Assembly (NCBI GenBank): GCA_020341815.1
Contig: CP070837.1
Location: forward strand, 1,474,607 to 1,538,606
DNA length: 64,000 nucleotides
DNA from: Candidatus Omnitrophota bacterium
Lineage (GTDB): Bacteria; Omnitrophota; Gorgyraeia; JAFGHF01
Reading direction: 5' to 3'
Under the pieces are notes generated by a model that ran no database searches, was not told the origin of the DNA, and saw only the letters and a program-made list of their open reading frames with translations. Shown here piece by piece: positions 39,266 through 49,070 of the stretch. Made by a program: the position numbers and the translations under genes. How positions within the stretch are numbered: the first letter of the stretch is position 1; each line of letters begins with the position of its first letter.

Positions 39266-39925
39266 ATGAAAGAAGAGATTATTTTAATAGGCGGTGGCGG
39301 ACATTGTAAGGCGTGCATCGATGTAATAGAAGCCGAAAAAAGATTTAAAATAGCAGGAATAGTTGACTCGAAGAAAAAGGTTAATCAAAAAGTCCTCGGT
39401 TATAAGATAATCGCCTCTGATGAGGAAGTGGTGAAACTTGCTAAAGAATATAGACACTTTTTGATAACAATTGGACAAATAAAAAGTGTGGGTAAAAGAA
39501 TAGAAAAATTTGAACACTTAAAAAAAATTGGAGTGAATTTTCCAATAGTTGTTTCTCCATTTGCTTATGTTTCGAAATATTCAAGGATTGAGGAAGGAAC
39601 AATTATAATGCATAAAGCGTTTGTAAATTCCGATGCAAAAATCGGAAAGAATTGCATTATAAATACAGGAGCTATTATCGAACACGAAGCAAGCATAGGA
39701 GACCATTGCCACATTTCTACAAATAGCGTCATAAATGGGCAGTGTAGTATAGGAAGCAAGACATTTATAGGAAGCAATTGTGTCATAGTAAATAACATAA
39801 ACATTCCAGAGAATACAGTAATTGGAGCTGGTTCTGCCATTAAAAAATCCATTGGTAAAAGCGGAATCTATGTAGGAAACCTTTCAGGGAAATTTTCACG
39901 AGAATGCGTAAGACCTTTGTCATAG
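39266..39925 (+). CDS. Hexapeptide-repeat (LbH) sugar N-acetyltransferase, NeuD/PglD/LegH family
   Basis: The N-terminal Rossmann-like IILIGGGGHCKACIDVIEA is characteristic of PglD/NeuD. The C-terminal half has left-handed beta-helix hexapeptide repeats (IGKNCIINTGAIIEHEASIGDHCHISTNSVING). Confidence 0.85.
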   Translation: MKEEIILIGGGGHCKACIDVIEAEKRFKIAGIVDSKKKVNQKVLGYKIIASDEEVVKLAKEYRHFLITIGQIKSVGKRIEKFEHLKKIGVNFPIVVSPFAYVSKYSRIEEGTIIMHKAFVNSDAKIGKNCIINTGAIIEHEASIGDHCHISTNSVINGQCSIGSKTFIGSNCVIVNNINIPENTVIGAGSAIKKSIGKSGIYVGNLSGKFSRECVRPLS

Positions 39926-40908
39926 CAGAAGCCGGTGTCAATCATAACGGAAGCATTAAGATAGCGAAAAAAATGATTGACGCAGCTGTATTAGCCGGCG
40001 CGGACGCCGTTAAGTTCCAGACTTTTGAAGCAGAAAAGCTGGTTACTAAATCTGCTCCTATGGCCGAATATCAAAAGAAGGCAACGGGTGAAAGTGAGTC
40101 ACAGTTTGAGATGATAAAGAGATTGGAATTGGATAAAAAAGCGCATCAAGAACTTATGAAGCACTGCAAAAAAAGAGGTATATTATTTTTATCAAGCCCC
40201 TTTGATTTAGAAAGCATAGAATTCCTTAATCGGCTTGGATTGGAAGTATTTAAGGTTGCTTCGGGAGAGATAACAAATGTTCCATTCTTGAGAAAGATAG
40301 GGACTTTAAGAAAGAAAATTATAATCTCCACAGGGATGGCGGATTTAAAAGAAATAGAGAATGCCTTATGTGTTTTAATAAAGGCAGGAACGCCGAAAGA
40401 GAACATAACGCTATTACATTGCAATACAGAATATCCCACACCTTTTGAAGATGTAAATCTATCAGCTATGCTGACAATAAGAGATGCCTTTAAAGTTAGA
40501 GTCGGCTATTCCGACCACACTCCGGGAATAGAAATTCCAATTGCAGCGGCAGTTTTAGGGGCAAGTGTTATAGAAAAGCATTTTACGCTGGACAAAAATA
40601 TGCAAGGCCCCGACCATAGAGCATCTTTGGAGCCCGATGACTTAGGGGCAATGGTAAAAGCGATAAGACATATAGAAAAGGCCCTGGGCAGTAGAATTAA
40701 GAAGCCTTCGCCATCGGAAATTAAAAATAGAAGATTGGTGCGCAAAAGTATTGTAGCGTCAAGATTTATTAAAAAAGGCGAGCTCCTTACGCAGGAGAAT
40801 ATTACAACAAAAAGACCGGCAACAGGCATAAGCCCGATGAGCTGGGATAAAGTAATTGCTCAAAAGGCAAAGAGAAATTTTAAGAAAGACGAGTCATTGG
40901 AATTATAA
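39904..40908 (+). CDS. Nonulosonate synthase NeuB/LegI family, copy 2 (canonical)
   Basis: It shows MRKTFVIAEAGVNHNGSIKIAKKMIDAAVLAGADAVKFQTF and YSDHTPGIEIPIAAAVLGASVIEKHFTLD, and the SAF domain is present (IKKGELLTQENITTKRP). Confidence 0.9.
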   Translation: MRKTFVIAEAGVNHNGSIKIAKKMIDAAVLAGADAVKFQTFEAEKLVTKSAPMAEYQKKATGESESQFEMIKRLELDKKAHQELMKHCKKRGILFLSSPFDLESIEFLNRLGLEVFKVASGEITNVPFLRKIGTLRKKIIISTGMADLKEIENALCVLIKAGTPKENITLLHCNTEYPTPFEDVNLSAMLTIRDAFKVRVGYSDHTPGIEIPIAAAVLGASVIEKHFTLDKNMQGPDHRASLEPDDLGAMVKAIRHIEKALGSRIKKPSPSEIKNRRLVRKSIVASRFIKKGELLTQENITTKRPATGISPMSWDKVIAQKAKRNFKKDESLEL

Positions 40909-40939
40909 GATGGATTAGTGGGCTAAATAAGGAGATGTA

Positions 40940-42103
40940 ATGAAAAGAAAAATTTGCATTTTTACAGGCACAAGAGCTGAATATGGACTTTTAAAACCAC
41001 TGATGAAAAGGATAAAAGGGGATAAGACCTTAGAGCTTCAGATAATTGCTTCCGGAATGCATTTATCGCCGGAATTCGGCCTTACATACAGGGAAATAGA
41101 AAAAGACGGATTCATAATAGATGAAAAAATAGAGATTCTATTAAGCTCTGATACCCCGGTAGGCTTAAGTAAGTCAGCGGGTTTGGCAATGATAAGCTTC
41201 AGTGAAGCTTACAGGAGACTAAAACCCGATATTGTTGTGATTCTTGGCGATAGATTTGAGACATTTGCGGCGGCAGTGTCGGCTATGATGTCAAGAATCC
41301 CCATAGCCCATTTGCATGGAGGAGAGGCTACCTTTGGAGCGATTGATGAGGCTATCAGGCATTCTATAACCAAAATGAGCCATTTGCATTTTACTTCTAC
41401 AGAAATTTACAGGAAAAGGGTTATACAATTAGGAGAGAATCCCGGCGCAGTCTTTAATGTTGGGGCAATAGGTTTAGACAATATTAAGGGGTTAAACCTT
41501 TTATCAAAGAAGATACTGGAGAAAAAGTTAGATTTTAAATTCAACAAATATAATTTCTTAGTAACCTTTCATCCGGTTACATTGGAAAATAACACCTCAA
41601 AAAGGCAATTCCAGAACCTGCTTGATGCCTTAGATGAGCTGAAAGAGACCAACCTCATCTTTACAAAAGCAAATGCTGATCCGGAAGGCAGGCTAATCAA
41701 TAAAATGATCAATGACTATGTATCAAAAAATTCTGATAGGTCTGTGTCATTTACTTCAATGGGACAGTTAAACTATTTATCAACCATGCAGTTTGTGGAT
41801 GGCATTATCGGAAATTCATCAAGCGGAATCGTTGAGGCCCCTAGCTTTGAAATCGGAACAATAAATATTGGCGATAGGCAGAAAGGGAGAATTAAGGCAG
41901 AAAGTATAATAGATTGTCAGCCTGCAAAACGGAACATCGAAGACGCTATCAAAATATTATATTCCGAGAAGTTTCAAAAAAATCTCAAAAAAGTTATTAA
42001 CCCATATGGCGATTGTGAAGCCTCAAAGAGAATCAAAGCCATATTGAAGAAGCATGGAATAAAGGATGTGTTAAAGAAATCCTTCTTTGATATAAATTTT
42101 TAG
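40940..42103 (+). CDS. UDP-N-acetylglucosamine 2-epimerase (hydrolysing), NeuC/LegG family
   Basis: It shows KICIFTGTRAEYGLLKPLMKRI and HLHGGE, and the 387-aa length is typical of NeuC. A GGAG Shine-Dalgarno sequence lies upstream. Confidence 0.9.
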   Translation: MKRKICIFTGTRAEYGLLKPLMKRIKGDKTLELQIIASGMHLSPEFGLTYREIEKDGFIIDEKIEILLSSDTPVGLSKSAGLAMISFSEAYRRLKPDIVVILGDRFETFAAAVSAMMSRIPIAHLHGGEATFGAIDEAIRHSITKMSHLHFTSTEIYRKRVIQLGENPGAVFNVGAIGLDNIKGLNLLSKKILEKKLDFKFNKYNFLVTFHPVTLENNTSKRQFQNLLDALDELKETNLIFTKANADPEGRLINKMINDYVSKNSDRSVSFTSMGQLNYLSTMQFVDGIIGNSSSGIVEAPSFEIGTINIGDRQKGRIKAESIIDCQPAKRNIEDAIKILYSEKFQKNLKKVINPYGDCEASKRIKAILKKHGIKDVLKKSFFDINF

Positions 42104-42115
42104 TTAACAGAGAAA

Positions 42116-43201
42116 ATGGAAAGATGGCATAACATGGGAAACAAAAATAAAATTGATGAAATAAAAATCCCTGCAGAGTTATCCATAAAAGAGTGCTTGA
42201 AAAAGATTGACCAGGGAGCAAGGAAAATATTATATATCTGCGATAAAAACGGATGTTTACTGGGGTCGCTTACCGATGGTGACATAAGAAGAAGGCTTCT
42301 GGAGACAGGAAACCTGCAGGAAGAAATCGTTCATTGCTTTAATCGAAACCCCATTTTTGTGACGGAGAATAATTACACCATAGAGGAGATAAAGAAACTG
42401 ATGCTGGGGCATATGATAGAGGGGTTGCCGATTCTGGATGAGAATAAGAAAATTATAGATATCTTATTCTGGGTGGATGTATTTGGAGAGGGGAGCAAAA
42501 CTTATAGAAAGATAAATATACCTGTAGTTATCATGGCCGGCGGCAAGGGAGAGAGATTGGGGCCTTTCACAAAAATACTGCCCAAATGTCTTATACCCGT
42601 GGGGGAAAGGCCCATTATAGAGATGATAATGGATAGATTTAGCCAGCATGGAGTAAGGCATTTTTATGTTAGCTTGAATTATAAAGGAGAAATGGTACAG
42701 ACATATTTTGGAGGCACGGAAAAAAAATACACGATAGATTATATTTGGGAGAAAGAATTTTTTGGGACGGCAGGAAGCCTTAAGTTATTACCCCCTGATA
42801 TAAGCGAGAATTTTATCGTTTCTAACTGCGACATTATTGTAGATGTCGATTATGCAGATTTGTTAAGATTTCATCGGAGAAATAAAAATATATTGACGGT
42901 AGTCGGCTCTATACAGCATTATAAAGTTCCTTACGGGATTATCCATTTTAAAAAAGAAGGAAAATTACAGGAAATCCAGGAGAAGCCGGAATTCGATTTT
43001 ACTGTGAATACGGGAGTATATGTATTATCCAGACAAGCATTGGCATATATCCCTGAGGATAGGCATTTTGATATGACGGATTTTATCCAAACCCTTTTAA
43101 ATAGCAAGGAAAATGTGGGAGTTTACCCGGTAAGCCAAAAATCCTATATTGATATTGGACGCTGGGAAGAGTATAAAGAATATACCCAGAAATTGATATA
43201 A
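42116..43201 (+). CDS. CBS-domain pair + sugar-1-phosphate nucleotidyltransferase (PtmE-like hexosamine-1-P guanylyl/nucleotidyltransferase)
   Basis: The N-terminus has two CBS motifs (about residues 20–140). These are followed by VVIMAGGKGERLGPFTKILPKCLIPVGERPIIE, the G-x-G-x-R-L nucleotidyltransferase signature. Confidence 0.85.
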   Translation: MERWHNMGNKNKIDEIKIPAELSIKECLKKIDQGARKILYICDKNGCLLGSLTDGDIRRRLLETGNLQEEIVHCFNRNPIFVTENNYTIEEIKKLMLGHMIEGLPILDENKKIIDILFWVDVFGEGSKTYRKINIPVVIMAGGKGERLGPFTKILPKCLIPVGERPIIEMIMDRFSQHGVRHFYVSLNYKGEMVQTYFGGTEKKYTIDYIWEKEFFGTAGSLKLLPPDISENFIVSNCDIIVDVDYADLLRFHRRNKNILTVVGSIQHYKVPYGIIHFKKEGKLQEIQEKPEFDFTVNTGVYVLSRQALAYIPEDRHFDMTDFIQTLLNSKENVGVYPVSQKSYIDIGRWEEYKEYTQKLI

Positions 43202-43219
43202 CTCTTTGAGAGCAATAAC

Positions 43220-44242
43220 ATGCTGGATACAACAAAACCTTATATTATAGGCGAAACCGCATATATTCATGAAGGAGATTTTTGTTTTCTTTCGCGAATA
43301 GTGGATGAAATTGCCGAAGTGGGGCTTAATGCCGCAAAGTTCCATTTGTTGTTAAACCCTGAGAGTTACATGAGCAGGAAGCATCCGCTTATGGAAAATA
43401 TAAAGAAGTGGGTTTTTTCCAGGAAACAATGGAGCGATATCTTTAATCGTTCAAAAGAGAAGGGATTGGATATTATAGCCTTGTGCGACGATGTGGAAAG
43501 CATCGAGTATATTATTGCCGAAAGAGACGATGTTTTTGCGATAGAAATTCACGCTACAGGATTAAATGATTATTTTTTGCTTGATGCTGCATCGAAATTC
43601 GATGGTTTTATATTATTGGGAATTAGCGGTTCGACAATTGAGGAAATTCAATATGTTGTGGATTTTCTAAAAGAAAGAAACGTAAAGAAAATTGTTTTAA
43701 TGTATGGTTTTCAAAGTTATCCGACTGATCACAAAGATATCAATTTATCGAAAATGCTAAAGCTGAAAGACATCTTTAAGTTGCCGATAGGCTATGCAGA
43801 CCATACCGCCTTTGGCAGCCCCTATAATGAAATTATAAGCGTTATGCCGGCTGCAATGGGATTTCATATTTTAGAGAAGCATTATACGCCTATTCATGGC
43901 GAAAAAAGGATAGATTATGAAGCAGCGGTTGGCAAAGAAAGTATGAAGAAAATAATAGAGCTAATGCGGATTAATCTAGAGGCTTACGGCACAAAAAAAT
44001 TAGATATGCCCAATACAGAATTGCAATATGGAACAACCGGCCCTATGAAAAAAGCAATTGTGGCCAGAAAGGATATTCAAGAAGGCGAAAAGCTTTCCTT
44101 GGACAATCTCTGGTTCAAGAGAACGAAAGAAAGGAGTTCTGTAAAACAAAATCAATTTCCGAAATTAATCGGATTAAAGGCAAAAAAAGACCTAGAAAAG
44201 GATGAAATAATAGATCTTGATAAAATTGAGCACAAATTGTAG
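43220..44242 (+). CDS. NeuB-family nonulosonate synthase, divergent copy 3
   Basis: It shows IIGETAYIHEGDF...LNAAKFH...IGYADHT...ILEKHYT, and the C-terminal SAF-like segment is IVARKDIQEGEKL. It is more divergent than copies 1 and 2. Confidence 0.7.
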   Translation: MLDTTKPYIIGETAYIHEGDFCFLSRIVDEIAEVGLNAAKFHLLLNPESYMSRKHPLMENIKKWVFSRKQWSDIFNRSKEKGLDIIALCDDVESIEYIIAERDDVFAIEIHATGLNDYFLLDAASKFDGFILLGISGSTIEEIQYVVDFLKERNVKKIVLMYGFQSYPTDHKDINLSKMLKLKDIFKLPIGYADHTAFGSPYNEIISVMPAAMGFHILEKHYTPIHGEKRIDYEAAVGKESMKKIIELMRINLEAYGTKKLDMPNTELQYGTTGPMKKAIVARKDIQEGEKLSLDNLWFKRTKERSSVKQNQFPKLIGLKAKKDLEKDEIIDLDKIEHKL

Positions 44243-44268
44243 AGGAATTTATTGGATACGCAAATTTT

Positions 44269-45510
44269 TTGAAGAAAGGGATAGCAATGGATACTATGTG
44301 GAAGAAGTGGAACGAAGTCAAACTAATTTGCCAAAATAAGAGGATCGTCTTATTTGGCCGTTCTGAGGACTGGGTTCATAAGACTTTACCCAAACTGTCT
44401 CGCCCACCCGATTATATTATAGACAGCAATCCCGGATACACCGGAACGACTTTTCATAATCTTAATATATATCCGCCGGATAAACTGAAAACCGAAAATA
44501 TAGATGAAATCTATATCATTATTACAGCCGGTCCTTACGAGAGTGTTGTTTCGCAATTGGAAGAGTATAATCTGCAGGCAGGAAAGCATTTTTGTTGCAC
44601 ACCGGCATACTATGATTTTAAATTGCTTCAGGAAATTCATCGGTATGACCGGAGGATTCTTATATCTTCTCCCGATTATAGCGAAAAGAAAAACCATCGC
44701 TACAGTAAGTCCGGGGGAGGATTATATATTTGTGACCTTATTTCAAATCAGATAGAGAAAAAAATTCCAGGGCATTTTAGACAGGTTATGCAAGTTGATG
44801 GCTATATATATGCTTTAGAATATGTGGAAATGAAATTGTATGTGCTATCAATGGACATAAACATAGTGGAAAAGCTTCCCCTTGATAAGCCTAATGTTTG
44901 CGGCTTAGCGTATTGTCCAGAGCGAAAACTCATATTTATATCAAATACCGGCACCGATACGATATCTATTTATAATAAAGAGAAATTTCGACTGGTTGAT
45001 ACGATTGAATTCTCAGACAAATATAGAAAAAGAAAGATAGGGCGCCACCACATCAATGATATTTGCGTTGTAGAGGATTCGCTATATGTAAGCTACTTTT
45101 CTCTTTCGGGAAATTGGAAGCGAGGTATTCTTGATGGAGGGATTGTCGAGTTCCATATCGATCAAATAGGCAAACCAGCTAATGTGTTGGTAAAAAATCT
45201 ATGGATGCCCCATAGCGTCGAATTCTTTGACGGAAAATTGACTTATTTGGATTCCAGGAGAGGCCGTTTCTATATAGGCAATCAGAATATTGCCGGAGAG
45301 TTTCCCGGATTTATGCGAGGGCTGGATTACGATGGACGATTTTACTATATAGGACAAAGCGAAGATATGTATATGAGCGACCTTTTCGGAATTTCGAATA
45401 ACATAATGTTAAATGCAGGTTTTTTTCTATTTGATGTCGATACTAAAGTGAGCAAATTTTACAGTTTTAAGGATTTAATTAATGTCCACGATATTTTAGT
45501 ATTACCGTGA
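44269..45510 (+). CDS. Hypothetical protein (413 aa), N-terminal Rossmann-like segment then repeat-rich (beta-propeller-like?) region
   Basis: RIVLFGRSEDW...DYIIDSNPGY resembles a PglD-N-terminal-type nucleotide-binding module. The remainder has repetitive beta-strand-like segments. I recognise no family. Confidence 0.3.
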   Translation: MKKGIAMDTMWKKWNEVKLICQNKRIVLFGRSEDWVHKTLPKLSRPPDYIIDSNPGYTGTTFHNLNIYPPDKLKTENIDEIYIIITAGPYESVVSQLEEYNLQAGKHFCCTPAYYDFKLLQEIHRYDRRILISSPDYSEKKNHRYSKSGGGLYICDLISNQIEKKIPGHFRQVMQVDGYIYALEYVEMKLYVLSMDINIVEKLPLDKPNVCGLAYCPERKLIFISNTGTDTISIYNKEKFRLVDTIEFSDKYRKRKIGRHHINDICVVEDSLYVSYFSLSGNWKRGILDGGIVEFHIDQIGKPANVLVKNLWMPHSVEFFDGKLTYLDSRRGRFYIGNQNIAGEFPGFMRGLDYDGRFYYIGQSEDMYMSDLFGISNNIMLNAGFFLFDVDTKVSKFYSFKDLINVHDILVLP

Positions 45511-45523
45511 AAAAAGTTAAGGA

Positions 45524-46327
45524 TTGGCAATAATGAAAATAGGATTTTTAATTACCGCAAGACTGAAATCGACAAGGCTGCCCTTTAAAATACTTAAGGA
45601 TTTGAACGGTAAAACCGTTGTTGAAAGGGTTATAGACAGGGCCAAGCAAATCAGGGATATTTCAAAAATTGTTCTTTGCACATCCTTCAATCCCCAGGAT
45701 AAGCCCCTTATTGACCTGGCGAAGAAAAACAGCGTTGAGATTTTTGCCGGGGAAGAAAACGATGTTTTAAAAAGATTCTTGGGGGCCACAAATGTTTTCG
45801 GCCTGAAATATTTCTTGAGCATCACCGCTGACAATCCTTTATTCTCGATAAAATACTCAAACCTTATGGTCGAAAGATTAAAAAAGTATAAACACGATTT
45901 TATAAAGATAGAAGGCCTTCCCCTGGGCACAAGGCCATACGGCTTGAAAACGAAGGCGCTGGAAAGAGTTTGTAACGTAAAGGATATCAAGGATACAGAG
46001 ATCTGGGGATATTTTTTTGACAGACCGGAGATTTTTAATGTGGGGTGCATTAAGGTTAAGGGGAGGCTGAAACGGCCCGATTTAAGGCTAACCCTGGATT
46101 ATGGTGAGGATTATGAGCTCATCAATAACGTTTACTCAAATATCACTTTTCGGAACACCCTTGAGCTTGATAAAGCCATTGCTTATCTGGATGCAAACTC
46201 CGAAATTGCAAAATTGAATCAGGGATGCATCCAGAGAGACCTTGACCGTGGCATCAAGGATCATATCGATAGTATTTTTGGCGGCAGGACAAAGACAAAA
46301 TTTTTTATAGAGAAGGATAAAAAATAG
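45524..46327 (+). CDS. Cytidylyltransferase, CTP_transf_3 family (SpsF/acylneuraminate cytidylyltransferase-like)
   Basis: MKIGFLITARLKSTRLPFKILKDLNGKTVVERVIDRA is the hallmark SpsF/NeuA-family N-terminus. The protein is 267 aa. Confidence 0.8.
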   Translation: MAIMKIGFLITARLKSTRLPFKILKDLNGKTVVERVIDRAKQIRDISKIVLCTSFNPQDKPLIDLAKKNSVEIFAGEENDVLKRFLGATNVFGLKYFLSITADNPLFSIKYSNLMVERLKKYKHDFIKIEGLPLGTRPYGLKTKALERVCNVKDIKDTEIWGYFFDRPEIFNVGCIKVKGRLKRPDLRLTLDYGEDYELINNVYSNITFRNTLELDKAIAYLDANSEIAKLNQGCIQRDLDRGIKDHIDSIFGGRTKTKFFIEKDKK

Positions 46328-47227
46328 ATGAAAAAGGTATTGGTTACGGGTTATATCAGAAGTGGCACGACCTTATTAGCCAATTTCTTGAATTCTCAAA
46401 AAGGATGTCTGGTATACAGAGATTTCTTGGGAGAGACTTTAATCTCTTCTGATAAGTTAGGAATAAAATCCTTTTTGACCGAATTAACTGACCGACAAAA
46501 AAATATTTTTCTTTCTGAATTGAAAGCTAGATCTTGTGCTATTGGGTGCGAGGCCATGAATGGATTGAGCAAAGATTTTTCCAATTTAAAAGAGTTACAC
46601 GAGAGGGCACTTTCTGCTCTGAACAAAAAAAACGCTTATAAAATTGTAGGCACCAAAGTAACCCGCTTGGGAGAAAAGCTTACGACTTTAATCAAGGAAA
46701 CGGATCTCCATGTAATATATATCTACCGTGATACAAGAGACGTTTTATTGTCGGCTAAAAATAGGTTTGTCGGATTTAATCTTATAGAACTTATATTGGG
46801 TTTACGGAAGGATTTAAAAAGCGCATTAAGCATAGAAAGTAAAAAATTGCTTAAATTAAAATTTGAAGATTTAATTTTAAATACGGATTCAATAGTAAAA
46901 CAACTGGCTGATTTTTTAGATGTTGATATCTCAAAAGATATAAGAATAGCAAAAGACAGAGAAACAAATTGGGTAAACAATTCCTCTTTCCATGATATCG
47001 ATCAGTTATTCGATAAGAAAGCTTGCTTTAGGTGGAAGAATCATAGAGATAGCAAAGAGGTAAAATATTGTGAAATCTTGATGGGCGATTTAATACAAAA
47101 AATAGGATATGATATAGATATGAAAAGTTATAGGATTTCAGATAAGTTGTCGGCTTACAAAGATTTGTATATTCGCAGGACTAAAGAAGTTATAAAACAT
47201 TTTTATCGTCATGTTACAAAAGGTTAA
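46328..47227 (+). CDS. Sulfotransferase-family protein (PAPS-dependent)
   Basis: VLVTGYIRSGTTLLANFL matches the sulfotransferase 5'-phosphosulfate-binding loop (P/xRSGTTLL). The roughly 300-aa length is typical of bacterial carbohydrate sulfotransferases. Confidence 0.6.
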   Translation: MKKVLVTGYIRSGTTLLANFLNSQKGCLVYRDFLGETLISSDKLGIKSFLTELTDRQKNIFLSELKARSCAIGCEAMNGLSKDFSNLKELHERALSALNKKNAYKIVGTKVTRLGEKLTTLIKETDLHVIYIYRDTRDVLLSAKNRFVGFNLIELILGLRKDLKSALSIESKKLLKLKFEDLILNTDSIVKQLADFLDVDISKDIRIAKDRETNWVNNSSFHDIDQLFDKKACFRWKNHRDSKEVKYCEILMGDLIQKIGYDIDMKSYRISDKLSAYKDLYIRRTKEVIKHFYRHVTKG

Positions 47228-47258
47228 TTTCATTATGTTAGAAAAGGTCAATTTCATT
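47211..47258 (+). repeat. 24-bp imperfect tandem duplication (2 copies, 22/24 identical) spanning the sulfotransferase stop and ABC-transporter start
   Basis: The two copies are atgttacaaaaggttaatttcatt and atgttagaaaaggtcaatttcatt. They produce the peptide MLQKVNFI-MLEKVNFI if translated from the first ATG. Confidence 0.8.
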
Positions 47259-49046
47259 TTGACAAGGAATGAGAAGAAGAAATTGATAATTCTTTTTATC
47301 GGCATATTACTTTTGGCGATATTGGAGACATTCAGTATCGGCATTATTATTCCCATAATGGATTTGTTTATCAATCAAGAGAAGATTCAAACCTCCAAAG
47401 TGCTTGGATGGTTTTATCAATTAATAGGGGCCAAAAATAATATCGGTTTTCTAACCGTTTTGGTAATAACTGCTATTCTTTTATTCGTTTTCAAGTCATT
47501 GTATACTGTTTTTATACAATATAAGCAAAGAAGAGTCGTAAACAATATTAATGTTCGTGTAACAACCGGACTTTTAGCTTCATATTTAAATAGGCCATAT
47601 TCGTTTCATTTAGAAAATAATAGTACAATATTGTTTAGGAATGTAGATAATACGGTAGCTCATTTTTCTACCAGTTTTCTACTGTCATTAATATTCATAA
47701 GTACCGATATAGTTATCCTTCTGGCAATTTCTTCTTTACTTTTTTACCTCTATCCCCTTGTAACACTAATATTAGCGAGCGTTCTTACGACGGTTATGAT
47801 GTTTATAAACAATTTTTTTAAAAAAAGAGTTATAATATATGCTTCGAACAGAATGGAGGCTTCAGGAAAAGTGCATAAGTTTGGATTTGAAGCACTCCAC
47901 GCAATTAAGGAAATTAAAGCATACAATGTGCAAGATTTCTTTATCAAAAGATACGCTCAAGCGGCAGCGAAGCGTCTTGATAACGGGGTAAAATTTATCG
48001 TTTCTAACATTTTGCCTCGTTATACATTAGAGATAATATTATGGACCAGTGTACTTACAACGTTATTAATGAGCATATATTTTGGTAAAAATCCTTCTGA
48101 ATTAATTCCTATAATGACCGTATTCGGGTTGGCAGCATTGAGAGTTTTACCATCCATTGACAAGATATATAAGAATGTTAATACTGTTAGATTTTATTCT
48201 AATAGCCTTGATGTTGTTTATCAGACTTTGAAAGAACATAGCCAAGAAAAGATATTAGAAAAAGTTGTTCCCAGGGACATCAAAATAGTCAGTACACCTC
48301 AAGAATCTCAGGCCATTCATTTAGAAAACATTGAATTTCGTTATCAAAAAGCACCGGCTCCTATCTTTAAAGAATTTAATCTTGTAATCCCCGAGCATAA
48401 GATTATTGCTTTTGCAGGTGCGACCGGAGCAGGAAAAAGTACTCTAATAGATATTTTAATGGGATTATTAATTCCCGCAAATGGCGCTTTATATTATAGA
48501 GGAGAGATTGTTACTCCTGAGAATGTTTTGGCCTACCGTCGAAAAATAAGTTATGTTCCTCAACATATCTTTCTTGCCGATGATACTCTGGAGGCAAATA
48601 TTGCCTTTGGCATTCCTCAGGACAAGTTCGACAGTGAGCAGTTGAAGCATGTCATTCAGATTGTGCAACTGGAGTCCTTAATTAATGATTTGCCGAAAGG
48701 AATTAAAACAATAGTGGGTGAAAAAGGCGTCAGGCTTTCTGGCGGCCAAAGACAGCGGTTGGCTATTGCCCGAGCGCTTTATCGCAATCCGGAAATCCTG
48801 ATTATGGATGAGGCTACCTCGGCACTCGATGGATATACAGAAGCCGAACTTAACAAAGCTATTAAAAATCTTTATGGAAATGGAAGACTGACGATAATTC
48901 TTATTGCTCACCGTCTGAGCACTATTGAGGGCGCCGATGTAATTTATGTAATGGAGCAGGGCAAAATCGTTGCTCAGGGCAGTTATCGGGAGCTGTTGGA
49001 AAATTCTACCACATTTAAGAAAATAGCAAACCAAATAACAGCTTAA
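47211..49046 (+). CDS. ABC transporter, fused permease+ATPase (type I exporter; MsbA/PglK/Wzk-like lipid-linked-glycan flippase candidate)
   Basis: Six N-terminal TM helices are followed by Walker A (GATGAGKST), the ABC signature (LSGGQRQRLAIARAL) and Walker B (ILIMDEATSALD). The start is ambiguous between 47211 and 47235 because of a 24-bp tandem duplication. Confidence 0.9.
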   Translation: MLQKVNFIMLEKVNFILTRNEKKKLIILFIGILLLAILETFSIGIIIPIMDLFINQEKIQTSKVLGWFYQLIGAKNNIGFLTVLVITAILLFVFKSLYTVFIQYKQRRVVNNINVRVTTGLLASYLNRPYSFHLENNSTILFRNVDNTVAHFSTSFLLSLIFISTDIVILLAISSLLFYLYPLVTLILASVLTTVMMFINNFFKKRVIIYASNRMEASGKVHKFGFEALHAIKEIKAYNVQDFFIKRYAQAAAKRLDNGVKFIVSNILPRYTLEIILWTSVLTTLLMSIYFGKNPSELIPIMTVFGLAALRVLPSIDKIYKNVNTVRFYSNSLDVVYQTLKEHSQEKILEKVVPRDIKIVSTPQESQAIHLENIEFRYQKAPAPIFKEFNLVIPEHKIIAFAGATGAGKSTLIDILMGLLIPANGALYYRGEIVTPENVLAYRRKISYVPQHIFLADDTLEANIAFGIPQDKFDSEQLKHVIQIVQLESLINDLPKGIKTIVGEKGVRLSGGQRQRLAIARALYRNPEILIMDEATSALDGYTEAELNKAIKNLYGNGRLTIILIAHRLSTIEGADVIYVMEQGKIVAQGSYRELLENSTTFKKIANQITA

Positions 49047-49070
49047 ACTTATTGAAAGGATAATAAAAAT

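Noticed and set aside
45517-46050. 177-aa ORF on the minus strand antisense to the SpsF-like cytidylyltransferase
   Set aside because: It is a shadow ORF in the complementary frame of a well-supported + strand gene. It has low-complexity, Ser/Leu/Phe-rich translation, no start context and no motif. The same applies to all other minus-strand ORFs in the track (for example 4012–4473, 8367–8741, 9027–9398, 50315–50689, 59532–60071, 62859–63212).
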